Assembly (NCBI GenBank): GCA_964649225.1
Contig: CAZYPO010000004.1
Span: 44,825-92,518 of the forward strand
Length of the DNA: 47,694 bases
Direction: 5' to 3'
From: an uncultured Gemmatimonas sp.
Lineage (GTDB): Bacteria > Gemmatimonadota > Gemmatimonadetes > Gemmatimonadales > GWC2-71-9
Shown: positions 35,566 through 46,314 of the stretch, one piece after another
Layout: every line of letters begins with the position of its first letter
Position numbering within the stretch: position 1 is the stretch's first letter
Notes under the pieces: model-generated
Seen by the model: only the letters and a program-made list of their open reading frames with translations
The model's database searches: none
What the model was told of the DNA's origin: nothing
Program-made: the position numbers and the translations under genes

Positions 35566-38337
35566 TCAGCGCCCCAGCGTCAGCTCCAGCCTCGTATACA
35601 CGAACCGTCCGTTGTACCCGAACGGCGACGGCTGCGGGTAGAGGAAGATCCCAAAGCTGTTGTCGGCGTTCAGCCGGTCCGGGTACTTGTCGAACAGGTT
35701 CTTGACCCCGACCGAGAGATTGAGGTTTCGCGGCAGGAGGTAGCCCACCTCGACGTCGACCAGCCCCGCCGAGCCAATCTGCTGAACGCAGTCGGAGCAA
35801 TCGGCGCCGCTCAGCTGTGAGGTAGTGTATTTCCCGTAGAGAGATGACCGCGCCAGCGCGTGGAACGCCCCGCGGCCATAGTCTGCGGTAAGTGTCGTAC
35901 GCCAATCCGGGCGCTCCTTCTCGAGCGCGATGCTGCCACCCGACACGAACGGATCAAATAGAATAGCTCCGGTTCCCGCGAGCTCCGGGGGTTCCTTCAC
36001 GTTCAGGATGCGATTCTGGGTCCAGTTGAACGCAGCCGAGAGATCGAGCCGCTGCCCCTCGGGCACCGGAACGCGTACCGCGCCGGTGAGATCCACGCCA
36101 GTGGTCTTGGTGTCGAGGGCGTTGGTGAAATACTGGGCGGTGGTGACGTTGGTGATGCCCTGACTCTGCAGGATCGCCTCGACCCCGGGGCCGCCGAGGA
36201 CACCGGTCAGGATGATCCTCCCGTCGATCTTCACGTAGAAAAAGTCGCCGGTGAGGGTCACCCGATCGGTCGGGCTCACCGCGAGCCCGGCGCTCAGGTT
36301 TAGCGAGGTCTCTGCCTTGAGGGGCTTGGCGCCCAGCGCGACCGCGGCCGGGTGTGCCACGGGGAAGATGCCCCCTTCGACCGGCGTCTGGTGGCCGGTC
36401 TGGGTATCGAGCACGAAGTTGGTGATCGTGGCGCCATAGAAGCGCTGACTCGGCGAGGGGGCGCGAAACCCGGTGCTCACGGCCCCCCGCAGCGTCACCC
36501 GATTGGAAGGCGCCAGGCGAAGCGCCAGCTTGCCCGTCACCTTCGAGCCGAAATCGCTGTAGTGCTCGAACCGGCCGGCCGCGTTCGCGAGCAGGGTCTT
36601 CGACAAATTGGTTTCGAGATCGAGATAGCCACCGACGTTCTGGCGATGGTCGTTGACCTCGTTCCCGGGCTGGAAACCGCCGAACACCTGCGATCCGGGC
36701 GGAGCGGGATCCCCATAGCGGTTCAGGTGCCCACCCTGGATGTAGGAGGCCTTCTCACCCGCGATGATCTGATAGTTCTCCCGCCGCACCTGGATTCCAG
36801 TGGCAAGGTTCAGGTCGGACGGCAGCCCCACCGCCACCGGCCGGGACACATTCAGGGCGCCGACCAACTCGTTCAACTTGAGGGTGCCGGCGTTGATCCG
36901 TTTCTTGTTGGGTATTCCCGGGTCGTCCGCGTTGCCGAAGATCCCGTCGAGCCCAGGTGCGCAGGGGGTATCCAGGCAGGGCCCGAGCGAGACGTTCATC
37001 GTGTTGCGCAGATCGTACCCGAACGAGTTGGCGCCAAAGGAGGCGCCCAGGTCGTAGGCCCAGCCGCCGGTGTTGCCGCGAACCCCGGCCGCGGCGGAGC
37101 CGTCTTTTACCGTAGGATGGAACTCCGGCAGGTAGCCGAGCGGATAGATCTCGATCCAGTTGCGATCCTTGATGGCCTGGCGCCGGAACCCGTTCCCGGT
37201 TCCGACCCGGTGGCTGTAGCCGCCGAAGGCGTACAGCTCGCTGGAGCCCGCGGGGTTCAGTGGGAAGCGCGCGTTCACGAAGCCGAGCGCGTCCTTGGCG
37301 AGGCCGTCGCCCCAATGATGGTTGGGTTGGGGGACGGCGTTGTGCTTGTCGGTCACCTTGCCGTTCGCATCGATTTCGTCGGCGTCCCCGAGGACGACCT
37401 GGTCTTCGGGATCCGCCCCAGCGCGGTTGGTGGGATCCCGATGGCGATACTCAGCGAACAGACTGATGGAGCCGCGGCCGACGGGAGTCCCCCATCCACC
37501 GCTCAGGTTGTAGGTCGTGCCATCGTCCGGGAAGGGACCGGTCAGGTAGCGCCCAAGGTCCGCTCGGACAAACGGGTTGAAGCCCCCTTCCTTGATGACG
37601 ACGTTCACCACGCCGGCGATGGCATCGGAGCCGTACTGGGCGGCAGCCCCGTCGCGGAGCACCTCGATCCGGTCGATGGCGCTCGCCGGCAGCGCGTTCA
37701 TATCCACCCCACTCGACCCCGCCCCCATGCCCGCGGCAAAGTTGTGCACCAGCGCAGTGCGGTGGCGCCGCCAGCCGTTCACCAGCACGAGGGCGTGATC
37801 GGGCGAGAGGCCCCGCAGCGTGAAGGGCCGGACGATGTCGCTTGCGTCCGCCACGCTTTGCCGCGGGAAGTTGACCGAGGGCGATAGTTGGGCCAGAACC
37901 TCACTCGTCTCGGTGGAGCCGATTTGCCTGATCTTCTCCGAGCCGAACACGTCCACCGGGACGGCGAGCTCCTCGGCGGCGGTATGGGGCGCCCGGGAGC
38001 CGACCGTTACGTTGATTGGGGCGAGCTCTACCGCGCTCCGGGCGAGGACGAAGTCGTGCCGCACCTCTCCGCCGGCCGGCACCGTGAGCTGGACGCTCGC
38101 CGCGGTGTAGCCGATGCGCCGGGCGCGGACGGTGTGTACTCCCGACGGCACCCCGCCAATCTGGTAGTCACCCTGCTGTCCGGTCGTCGTCCGGAGGAGG
38201 GTGCCCTCCACGGTCACCAGCGCGCCCGGGACGGCGGCGCCGGCGCTGTCGGCCACGCGGCCCCGGATCCGGCCGGTCTGGGCGGCCAACGGCAGCGCAA
38301 GCGCAATCGAGGCGAGCAGCAAGGTTACACCACGCAT
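35566..38337 (-). CDS. TonB-dependent receptor with N-terminal carboxypeptidase-regulatory-like domain
   Basis: ATG 38337 with GGAGG RBS and signal peptide; plug LRGLSPDHALVLVNG...IDRIEVLRDGAAAQYGSDAIAGVVN; NLFDKYP. Confidence 0.95.
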   Translation of the reverse strand: MRGVTLLLASIALALPLAAQTGRIRGRVADSAGAAVPGALVTVEGTLLRTTTGQQGDYQIGGVPSGVHTVRARRIGYTAASVQLTVPAGGEVRHDFVLARSAVELAPINVTVGSRAPHTAAEELAVPVDVFGSEKIRQIGSTETSEVLAQLSPSVNFPRQSVADASDIVRPFTLRGLSPDHALVLVNGWRRHRTALVHNFAAGMGAGSSGVDMNALPASAIDRIEVLRDGAAAQYGSDAIAGVVNVVIKEGGFNPFVRADLGRYLTGPFPDDGTTYNLSGGWGTPVGRGSISLFAEYRHRDPTNRAGADPEDQVVLGDADEIDANGKVTDKHNAVPQPNHHWGDGLAKDALGFVNARFPLNPAGSSELYAFGGYSHRVGTGNGFRRQAIKDRNWIEIYPLGYLPEFHPTVKDGSAAAGVRGNTGGWAYDLGASFGANSFGYDLRNTMNVSLGPCLDTPCAPGLDGIFGNADDPGIPNKKRINAGTLKLNELVGALNVSRPVAVGLPSDLNLATGIQVRRENYQIIAGEKASYIQGGHLNRYGDPAPPGSQVFGGFQPGNEVNDHRQNVGGYLDLETNLSKTLLANAAGRFEHYSDFGSKVTGKLALRLAPSNRVTLRGAVSTGFRAPSPSQRFYGATITNFVLDTQTGHQTPVEGGIFPVAHPAAVALGAKPLKAETSLNLSAGLAVSPTDRVTLTGDFFYVKIDGRIILTGVLGGPGVEAILQSQGITNVTTAQYFTNALDTKTTGVDLTGAVRVPVPEGQRLDLSAAFNWTQNRILNVKEPPELAGTGAILFDPFVSGGSIALEKERPDWRTTLTADYGRGAFHALARSSLYGKYTTSQLSGADCSDCVQQIGSAGLVDVEVGYLLPRNLNLSVGVKNLFDKYPDRLNADNSFGIFLYPQPSPFGYNGRFVYTRLELTLGR

Positions 38338-38549
38338 CTTGCCCTCCGGAGGCAGGAAAGGATGGAAACCGATCGGTCCCAATAGCGCGCTCCGAATTCC
38401 TCCTGTCAAGGGGAGGGGGCAGCCCCATTGGCGAATCCCACCGGTTCCGATTAACGTCATTCCAGGGAAGTGGTTCCGGCGAACGACCGCGCGACGGCGC
38501 CATTCCGGCGACCGTCGCGTAATCGTCCTGTGGCTCTGAAGTGAAGGGC

Positions 38550-40136
38550 ATGCGTATGCGTCGATTCGCAATCGTGGGCGCGCTGTTGGCCCTCCCGCTC
38601 GCAGCGGGCGCGTTTCTCCGGCAGAGCAAGGTGGTGGTGGACGGGTCGCGCCTGTTCGCGCAAGTCCTGCAGAAGATCGAGGACAACGCGGTCGACTCGC
38701 TCTCCCGCAGCGCGATCTACGAGAAGGCGGCGCGTGGGTTGGTGAAGAACCTGAAGGATCCTTACGCCGACCTGTACTCGCCCGAAGAGCTGGCGTCCTT
38801 CCAGCGGAATACGCTGCGGAACAATTACGCCGGGCTGGGAATGCAGATCGAGCAACAAGACGATCAGATCGTGGTGAATCGGGTCTTCCCCAACACGCCC
38901 GCCGCCAACGGCGGGTTACAGTCGGGCGACCATATCATCCTGGTAGACACGACCTCCGTCATCGGCTGGCGTACGGCGGAAGTCTCCGCGAGGCTGGTGG
39001 GCCAGCCGGGAACCTCGGTCGACGTGACGGTGCGGCGGCAGGGCGTCCCGCAGCCGATCAAGGGGCGTTTCACGCGGGCAGTGATCCGGGTTCCCGCGGT
39101 CCCCTACACGCTGGTGCTCGACGGCAACGTGGGCTACATCCCGCTGCAGGCCTTCAACGACGCCGCGTCGGAAGACGTGGGGCGCGCGCTGCTCGCCTTG
39201 CGCGGGCGCGGGGCACGTTCGTTCGTGATCGATCTACGCGGCAACGGCGGTGGCTCGCTCGACCAGGCGCTCGACATCAGTAACCTCTTCCTCCGCGCGG
39301 GCCAGGAAATCTCGAGCGTGCGCCATCGCGGGCGGGAGCCGGAGGTCTATACCGCCAACCGGCCTTCCCCGCTGGTGGATTCGATGCCTGTCGTGGTGCT
39401 GGAGGACGGCGGCACCGCCTCGGCTTCGGAGATCGTGGCCGGCTCGTTGCAGGACCATGACCGCGCGCTGGTTGTGGGGACCACGTCGTTCGGGAAGGGA
39501 CTGGTGCAGACCCTCTTTCCCCTGGACGGCGGCTGGGCGGTCAAGCTCACCACAGGCAAGTGGTACACGCCGAGCGGGCGGTCCATTCAGGCCGAGCACG
39601 ACCGGCTGGAGGACGATCGCTTCGTGGAGTACGCGCGCGACTCGGTGGCCGGTGCCCGCGATTCCACCCACAAGCGTCCGGTCTTCAAGTCCGATGCCGG
39701 CCGCACCATCCTGGGCGGCGGAGGCATCACCCCCGACATCACGATCGTGCCGGACACCGCCGGCCCCGCGGAGCGCGAGCTCGGCAAGGCGGTCGCTCCG
39801 ACTTTCCAGCAGTGGTATTTGACGCTTTACAACTACGCACTGGAAATGAAGCCGAAGCTCAAGCCGGATTTCACGATTACCCAGGAAATGCGCGACGAAT
39901 TCTTCAACCGTCTCGTCAAGGCGAAAATCGCGGTTACCCGGGTCCAGTTCGATGCGGCGCAGGAGGTCATCGATCGCAACCTGGAGCAGCGCTTCGCGGG
40001 CCTTGCGTTCGGCGATTCGACGGCGTTCCGGCGCAGCCTCAAGCAGGATGAGCAGCTGGGCAAGGCACTCGAGCTGCTGGGGCGGGGACCCACGCAGCGG
40101 CAGCTGCTGGCGATGGCGATGGCGAAGCCGAACTAG
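38550..40136 (+). CDS. S41 family carboxyl-terminal processing protease
   Basis: DPY, PDZ domain, DLRGNGGG, TASASEIVAGSLQD, FGKG, YTPSGRSI; exact start (38541/38550/38556) uncertain. Confidence 0.94.
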   Translation: MRMRRFAIVGALLALPLAAGAFLRQSKVVVDGSRLFAQVLQKIEDNAVDSLSRSAIYEKAARGLVKNLKDPYADLYSPEELASFQRNTLRNNYAGLGMQIEQQDDQIVVNRVFPNTPAANGGLQSGDHIILVDTTSVIGWRTAEVSARLVGQPGTSVDVTVRRQGVPQPIKGRFTRAVIRVPAVPYTLVLDGNVGYIPLQAFNDAASEDVGRALLALRGRGARSFVIDLRGNGGGSLDQALDISNLFLRAGQEISSVRHRGREPEVYTANRPSPLVDSMPVVVLEDGGTASASEIVAGSLQDHDRALVVGTTSFGKGLVQTLFPLDGGWAVKLTTGKWYTPSGRSIQAEHDRLEDDRFVEYARDSVAGARDSTHKRPVFKSDAGRTILGGGGITPDITIVPDTAGPAERELGKAVAPTFQQWYLTLYNYALEMKPKLKPDFTITQEMRDEFFNRLVKAKIAVTRVQFDAAQEVIDRNLEQRFAGLAFGDSTAFRRSLKQDEQLGKALELLGRGPTQRQLLAMAMAKPN

Positions 40137-41920
40137 CGGTCAACCGTTCCCTTCAGAATCCCATTGCGAACCCGCGCCGCCTTGGTGCTCGCCTTGGGGT
40201 CGTAGAACAGCCGCGCCGTCACCACCAGTTCCCTGCGGATCCTGAGCTGCAGGGTGCGCTCCACCTGATTCCGCTTCACCACCACCGGCACAACGGTTCC
40301 CTCCGCGTTGGCATAGCGCGCCCGGATCACCGCGCCAAACTCGTCGCTCGTCACCTCGACATCGCCCACGCGGGTGAGCTGATCGCCGGCTTGGATCCCG
40401 GCCTCGTCCGCGGCGCTTCCGGCCGTCACCGCGGTCACGAAGACACGGTTGCTGTCGGAGACGGAGGTGACGCCGAGCCGGATCGTCCGGCTGCTGTCAG
40501 CGACGTATTGGAAGCCGCCGAGGGGGCCCACGGCAGACCAGGGGAACGGCTCGCGCCCGTCGACGTAGCGAGCGGAGAACTCCGCGAAGGATTTCCCGCC
40601 CGCCGCTGCGCTCACCGCGGCCCACCACTCGGCGGTGGTGAAGCCCTTGCCGTTCTTGAAGGCGCTCTGATAAAGCCCGCGCATCACGTCATCAAGCGAG
40701 CGGCGGTTGTCGCTGGCGTCGCGGATCAGGATGTCGAGCAGCAAGCCGGCCAGCGAGCCTTTGTCGTAATAGATATCGGCGGTGCCATCGGTCGGATGGA
40801 TCCAGGTGCTGAGTGAGGCGTCCTCCAGCGCGACCGCGGCACGGTCATCGGTCTGCTGCCGCTTGCCGTCGGTGAGGTTGAGGAAGACCAGGGAATCGAT
40901 GATCCCGCCGCGCAGCAACGCCAAATCGGCGTAGTAGTCGGTGATGCCTTCGCTCACCCAGAGGAGCGTCGTCGGTTGGGGCTGATCGTAGCGATAGGGC
41001 ACCATCTCGGCGGGCCGCAGCCGCTTTACGTTCCAGGAGTGGAACATCTCGTGGGCGGTGATCGAGGCGAGCAGCGGGATACCGATGAACCCGGGGTTGT
41101 AGATGCCCACGTGGGAGCTCTGGTGCTCCAACGCGCTTCCGCCGCCATAGGACGGATCGAAGATCAGCATGGTGGAATAGTTCTTCCACGGCGTCTCGCC
41201 GAAGACGCTGGCCTCCGCCGGGGTGAAGCCGCGGAGCTGCTGCCACAGCATCGCACGGCCGGGACCCTTGAATTGCCCGGCGGGATACGAAGCCAGGCGG
41301 TGCCAGATCCCGTCGATCTGCACGCTGTCCAGATCGAAGCGCCCGATGAAGAAGGGCATGTCCACGAGGTCGTGGTAATTTCCAGCCTGGTAGGACCCGG
41401 GCCCGCCGCGCGGCTCGAGCCCGGTGAGCACGCGCCACCCGGGCGCCGTAGTGACGCTGACCTGGGAGGGAAAGTCGAGCCCGATTCCTTCGGGATAGGG
41501 AAAGACGTTGGTTCCGTTGACGAGCAGAAAATCGGGCTTGGCCCAGGACATGGCGTTGTCGAGCGTGTCGGCGAGGAAATCGAAGCGCAGCGCCACCGCG
41601 CCCGCCGCAGCCGGTCGGATGCGCCAGGTGTCGTAGTCGCTCTTGTCCCAGACCGCGGGACGGCCGCCGCTGGTCGCGGAGAAGTTGGAGACTTTGCGGG
41701 CGTAGTTGCTGATCTCGTAGGCGCCAGGGGTCCAGGCCGGCAGCGACACCAGCACCGGGGTCGGACCGGCGACCTCGAAGCGCATGGCGACATGCACCGT
41801 CTGCCGGCGGGCGCTGACCGAATCGAAGCTCAGCTCGTAGCGGATGTTGGTTTGAGCCGCGAGCAGTGATACTGGCAGCAGCAGTAGCAGGGACGGTGAT
41901 AGTGGAAAGCGAACTGACAC
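40133..41920 (-). CDS. M61 glycyl aminopeptidase-like metallopeptidase with C-terminal PDZ
   Basis: LPAWTPGAY, ALEHQSS, AHEMFHSWNVKRLRP, WVSEGITDYY, YYDKG; GTG 41920 precedes a signal peptide (the upstream ORF extension is an artefact). Confidence 0.92.
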   Translation of the reverse strand: MSVRFPLSPSLLLLLPVSLLAAQTNIRYELSFDSVSARRQTVHVAMRFEVAGPTPVLVSLPAWTPGAYEISNYARKVSNFSATSGGRPAVWDKSDYDTWRIRPAAAGAVALRFDFLADTLDNAMSWAKPDFLLVNGTNVFPYPEGIGLDFPSQVSVTTAPGWRVLTGLEPRGGPGSYQAGNYHDLVDMPFFIGRFDLDSVQIDGIWHRLASYPAGQFKGPGRAMLWQQLRGFTPAEASVFGETPWKNYSTMLIFDPSYGGGSALEHQSSHVGIYNPGFIGIPLLASITAHEMFHSWNVKRLRPAEMVPYRYDQPQPTTLLWVSEGITDYYADLALLRGGIIDSLVFLNLTDGKRQQTDDRAAVALEDASLSTWIHPTDGTADIYYDKGSLAGLLLDILIRDASDNRRSLDDVMRGLYQSAFKNGKGFTTAEWWAAVSAAAGGKSFAEFSARYVDGREPFPWSAVGPLGGFQYVADSSRTIRLGVTSVSDSNRVFVTAVTAGSAADEAGIQAGDQLTRVGDVEVTSDEFGAVIRARYANAEGTVVPVVVKRNQVERTLQLRIRRELVVTARLFYDPKASTKAARVRNGILKGTVDR

Positions 41921-41935
41921 GGAGGATCCTTCCAG

Positions 41936-42817
41936 ATGCAAAAGGTGAAATCGCTCGCGCTGGCCAGCGCCTTGCTGCTCCAGGCGCCCCCGGCCGGGGC
42001 GCAGGCTGCCGATCCCGCGGAGAGCCTGGCGCAGGCGGAGCGCGGCGCGGTGGAGGCGATCGCCCGCGACGGGTTTGCCGCGGGCTTCTCCGCTATGCTG
42101 GCTCCGCGCGGCGTGCTGCTCTGGCCCGGCGCGCCGGTGCTGGCCGGAGCGGACTCGGTGCGCCGCCTGTTGCTCGCGCAGCGGAGTCTCGATTCCCTCA
42201 GGGTCAGCTGGCAACCCCTCGGCATCGCCGTTGCCAACGACGGCGGGTTCGGCGTGACGTGGGGAGTGGCGGTGGCCGCGCGCGCCGGGAACCCCATGCG
42301 CATCGGCCGCTACATCGCGGCGTGGCAGCGCGAAGGCGAAGTGTGGCGGCTCGCGGCGTTCGTCCCCATGGGCCTCTTCCCCGCCGCGGCCACGACACTG
42401 GCTCCCGAGCTCAGCGCGATTCGCTATCCCCCGCTCGCGCCGGCGGGGAAGCCGGCGGCGTTCATCCAGGCCGATCTCGACTTCGCGCGGCTGGCCGGAG
42501 ACTCGAGCGCGGCCCTGGCCTTCGAGCGTTACGCCGCGCCCGACGCGGTCACGCTGGGCGGCGGGCTGCTCAACCAGGGACCGGCCGCCATCGGGCGCTC
42601 GTTGCGCGGCGGCCCGCCAAGCCGCTGGGCCTGGCATCCCGTGGTCGCGGGGGCCTCCGCCGCGGGGGATCTGGGATTCACCGTCGGCGAGTCGGTGATC
42701 CGGCCGGAAGGCGGCGCAGCCAGCTACGGCAAGTATCTCACCATCTGGCGCAGGCTTCCCGGCGGAGCGATCCGGTTCCTGACCGACGGCGGCAACGCGC
42801 GGCCGCCCACGCCCTAG
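41936..42817 (+). CDS. Exported tandem NTF2-like (DUF4440) domain protein
   Basis: GGAGG RBS, signal peptide; two copies of W.P...G(G/D).G.T.G...G(R/K)Y...W.R. Confidence 0.85.
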   Translation: MQKVKSLALASALLLQAPPAGAQAADPAESLAQAERGAVEAIARDGFAAGFSAMLAPRGVLLWPGAPVLAGADSVRRLLLAQRSLDSLRVSWQPLGIAVANDGGFGVTWGVAVAARAGNPMRIGRYIAAWQREGEVWRLAAFVPMGLFPAAATTLAPELSAIRYPPLAPAGKPAAFIQADLDFARLAGDSSAALAFERYAAPDAVTLGGGLLNQGPAAIGRSLRGGPPSRWAWHPVVAGASAAGDLGFTVGESVIRPEGGAASYGKYLTIWRRLPGGAIRFLTDGGNARPPTP

Positions 42818-42984
42818 GGCAGCCGCAGCTCCGGGATCTTCGGCGGCTCGAGCCGGACCCCGGGCTTGAGCCGTCCCGCGTTGTCGTATTCCTCCCATTG
42901 ACTGTTGGCGACGTAGAAATAGCGGTCGCCCCACACGGTACCGATGGTGGGCTCCGACGCCAGCGGCAGGTGGCGCTCGAGCAG
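42814..42984 (-). pseudogene. Orphan C-terminal remnant of an SMP-30/gluconolactonase-like beta-propeller protein
   Basis: Not in the ORF track; reads LLERHLPLASEPTIGTVWGDRYFYVANSQWEEYDNAGRLKPGVRLEPPKIPELRLP*, preceded by in-frame TAG, GC3-rich codons. Confidence 0.62.
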
Positions 42985-42997
42985 CTAGACCGGCGCA

Positions 42998-43773
42998 TCA
43001 GGACACGGCGCGCTTCTCGAAGGTGCGCAGCCCGACGAACACAAACAGCGCGCTGATCACGACCAGCGCGCCGGCCACGACCAGCACCGGCATGTGGGGC
43101 AGCGCGGGAGTGAGCACGCCGCGCATCCCCTCCGAGACGTAGACCAGCGGATTGATCAGCACGAGGTACTGGACGACGGGTGCGGCGGCCAGGGCGCGCC
43201 AGGGATAGTAGGCGCAGCCGAAGAAGATCATCGGCGCCACGATGAGGCCGAACATGAGGCCGATCTGCTCACCCTTGATCGCGGTCCCGAGCAGCAGGCC
43301 GAACGCCGAGAAGGCGAAGGCGCCCAGAAACGTCATTCCGACGATGAGCCCGAGATGACTGGCGCTGAGCGCCTCGATCGGGCCCATGATGAGCCGCGCC
43401 ACCGGCAGCACGAAGAGGGCGGCGATCATCCCCTGCACCGTGCCGGAGAGAATCTTCTCGATGGCAATCACCCAGATCGGTACCGGGGCGAGCAAGCGGT
43501 CCTCGATCTCCTTGGTCCAGCCGAAATCCGCGACCATCGGCAGCGCCACCGCCTGCACACTCGCGAAGGCGAGGCTTACCCCCAGGATGCCGGGGAGCAG
43601 CGCGCCGGTGTAGCCGCGCTGGACGAATCCCATCTTGGGAAGCAGAAACCCGAACACGATCGTGAACATGATCGGCTGCAGCGTGGTGCGGAGCAGAAAG
43701 AACGGCAGCTCGCGCGAGACGACGTGGACGTCGCGCCGCATCAGCGCGCCGAAGACCTTCCACGGTGAGGGCC

Positions 43774-43777
<4 letters not shown>
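42998..43777 (-). CDS. ABC-2 type transporter permease
   Basis: About six TM segments, EIEDRLLAP, INPLVYVSEGMR. Confidence 0.9.
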
Positions 43778-44793
<1,016 letters not shown>

Positions 44794-44813
44794 GCTGTAA
44801 GGTAAGCGCGACT

Positions 44814-46148
44814 TCAATTACAGAAGCACGACCCTCCGAAGCACTCACAACTGCCGCCACCGCCACCGGAATGGGTGAACCTCGGGTTCACCACGTTATT
44901 GAACTTGGAGCCGAAGGTATAACTCAGGCTTACCGAGGCGAAATAGCTGTAGTCGGTCCGCAACTGCTTCAACTGCAGCAGGATTTCTTCATCGGTCAAG
45001 CCTTCCTTGACCAGCGAGAGCTGGTCGCGCACCCGGGTGTAGCCTCCGTTCAGATTCAGATTGAGCCCCCGGATCAGGCGAACACTACAAAAGCCAAAAA
45101 TGGATAGGCGATTCTGGGCGAAATTGTCCAGGTAGGAAGATCCCACCAACTGGGCCTCCAGCGAGCCCCAAGGCTGGATGGCCTCCGCGGCGGCCGTGAA
45201 CGAGTGAGTAGGGCGGGTCTCTTCGAGTTTGTTGAAAATGGTCGTGTCGCGGTAGTTCGTATGAGCGAAGCCCACCGCATAAACCAAAACAAACTGGCGC
45301 CGCGATGACTCCGTGTAGGGGAAGAAGTCGAACTCGAGCTCGCCGGAGCCGTGCAAGCTCAGGTCGTAATTGTCCCGGGTGGAGCGAGCCGCGCTGGCCT
45401 CGACTCCAGCGGACCAGTGGGGGCCCAGGCTTCGGGCAAGCAGCGACGAGCCACTGTACCTGCTCGTATGGCTATTGTAGAGACTGCCGTCGCTCAGGGT
45501 GTAGGTACTGTTATTGCGATTCGCGCTGGCGGAAACCCGGAATTTCCAGAGCTCCGATACCCGATCGGCCCGGAGCGATCCCGAAAGCCGGTTCGACTTG
45601 AATTGCGATTCCGCGGAGAGGGACGCGCTCGCACTCAACCGGAAGACCCACAGGTTCCAGGGATCGCGGGGCTGCTGCGTCGGAGCGGCAACGGCACCCT
45701 CTGGCGCAGAAAAGCCGAGCCGAAGGCGATCCGCGAACACGCTGCGCGCGACATACCGCGCCAAGCCCAATCCGATCCGTTGGATCTGCCGGATGCGAAT
45801 CTCGTCCCCGGTGTCCGACTGTCGCGTGGTGAATGTGAGCTCATCGTCCCTGCCTTGGAACGCTCTCCGTCCGATGAATTGCAGGGTAAACTCGGCGCCG
45901 CCGCCGCCCGTGCCTTGGGATCTAATGATCAAATGGACATCGGCGTCCTGGCGATCTCGCACCCAGTTGACATAAGTGATTTCCCGCCGGGCGTATTCGA
46001 AATCACAATGGGTCTGACAGTCCAGGAAGACCCTGATCGCCTCGGGAGCTGGAGCGACCGCAGGCGGCGCCTGGGCGCTGAGGCTTCCCGACGCCAGAAC
46101 ACAGGCGCACCAACCGAGGGCGGTAACGGCTCGCCGGGTCACCAGCAT
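44814..46148 (-). CDS. Exported probable outer-membrane beta-barrel protein with Cys-rich tail
   Basis: Signal peptide from ATG 46148; VFLDCQTHCD...VRDRQDADVH N-domain; DPWNLWVF then amphipathic strands to YTFGSKFNNVVNPRF. Confidence 0.75.
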   Translation of the reverse strand: MLVTRRAVTALGWCACVLASGSLSAQAPPAVAPAPEAIRVFLDCQTHCDFEYARREITYVNWVRDRQDADVHLIIRSQGTGGGGAEFTLQFIGRRAFQGRDDELTFTTRQSDTGDEIRIRQIQRIGLGLARYVARSVFADRLRLGFSAPEGAVAAPTQQPRDPWNLWVFRLSASASLSAESQFKSNRLSGSLRADRVSELWKFRVSASANRNNSTYTLSDGSLYNSHTSRYSGSSLLARSLGPHWSAGVEASAARSTRDNYDLSLHGSGELEFDFFPYTESSRRQFVLVYAVGFAHTNYRDTTIFNKLEETRPTHSFTAAAEAIQPWGSLEAQLVGSSYLDNFAQNRLSIFGFCSVRLIRGLNLNLNGGYTRVRDQLSLVKEGLTDEEILLQLKQLRTDYSYFASVSLSYTFGSKFNNVVNPRFTHSGGGGGSCECFGGSCFCN

Positions 46149-46314
46149 CGGAACGCTCGCGGTCAGAGAGTGAAAGGCGCGGACTGTGAGGAGTAGGACG
46201 TCGTCAAGCCGGCAAGGGTTGCAAAGGTCACGATCAGCACGGCCAGCAGCGTGCGATTCATGCAGGGAGACTATCCCGGATAGCGACGACGGGCAACCGG
46301 CGGTATCGTCCGCC

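Noticed and set aside
38338-38540. Possible riboswitch upstream of the TonB-dependent receptor
   Set aside because: No cobalamin, TPP, FMN or SAM consensus recognised; only a TTGACA without a well-spaced -10 and one GC hairpin near 38490-38519. An Infernal/Rfam scan would be decisive
41921-42934. Apparent 338-aa N-terminal extension of the M61 peptidase
   Set aside because: It is the antisense of the DUF4440 gene; the signal peptide begins at GTG 41920
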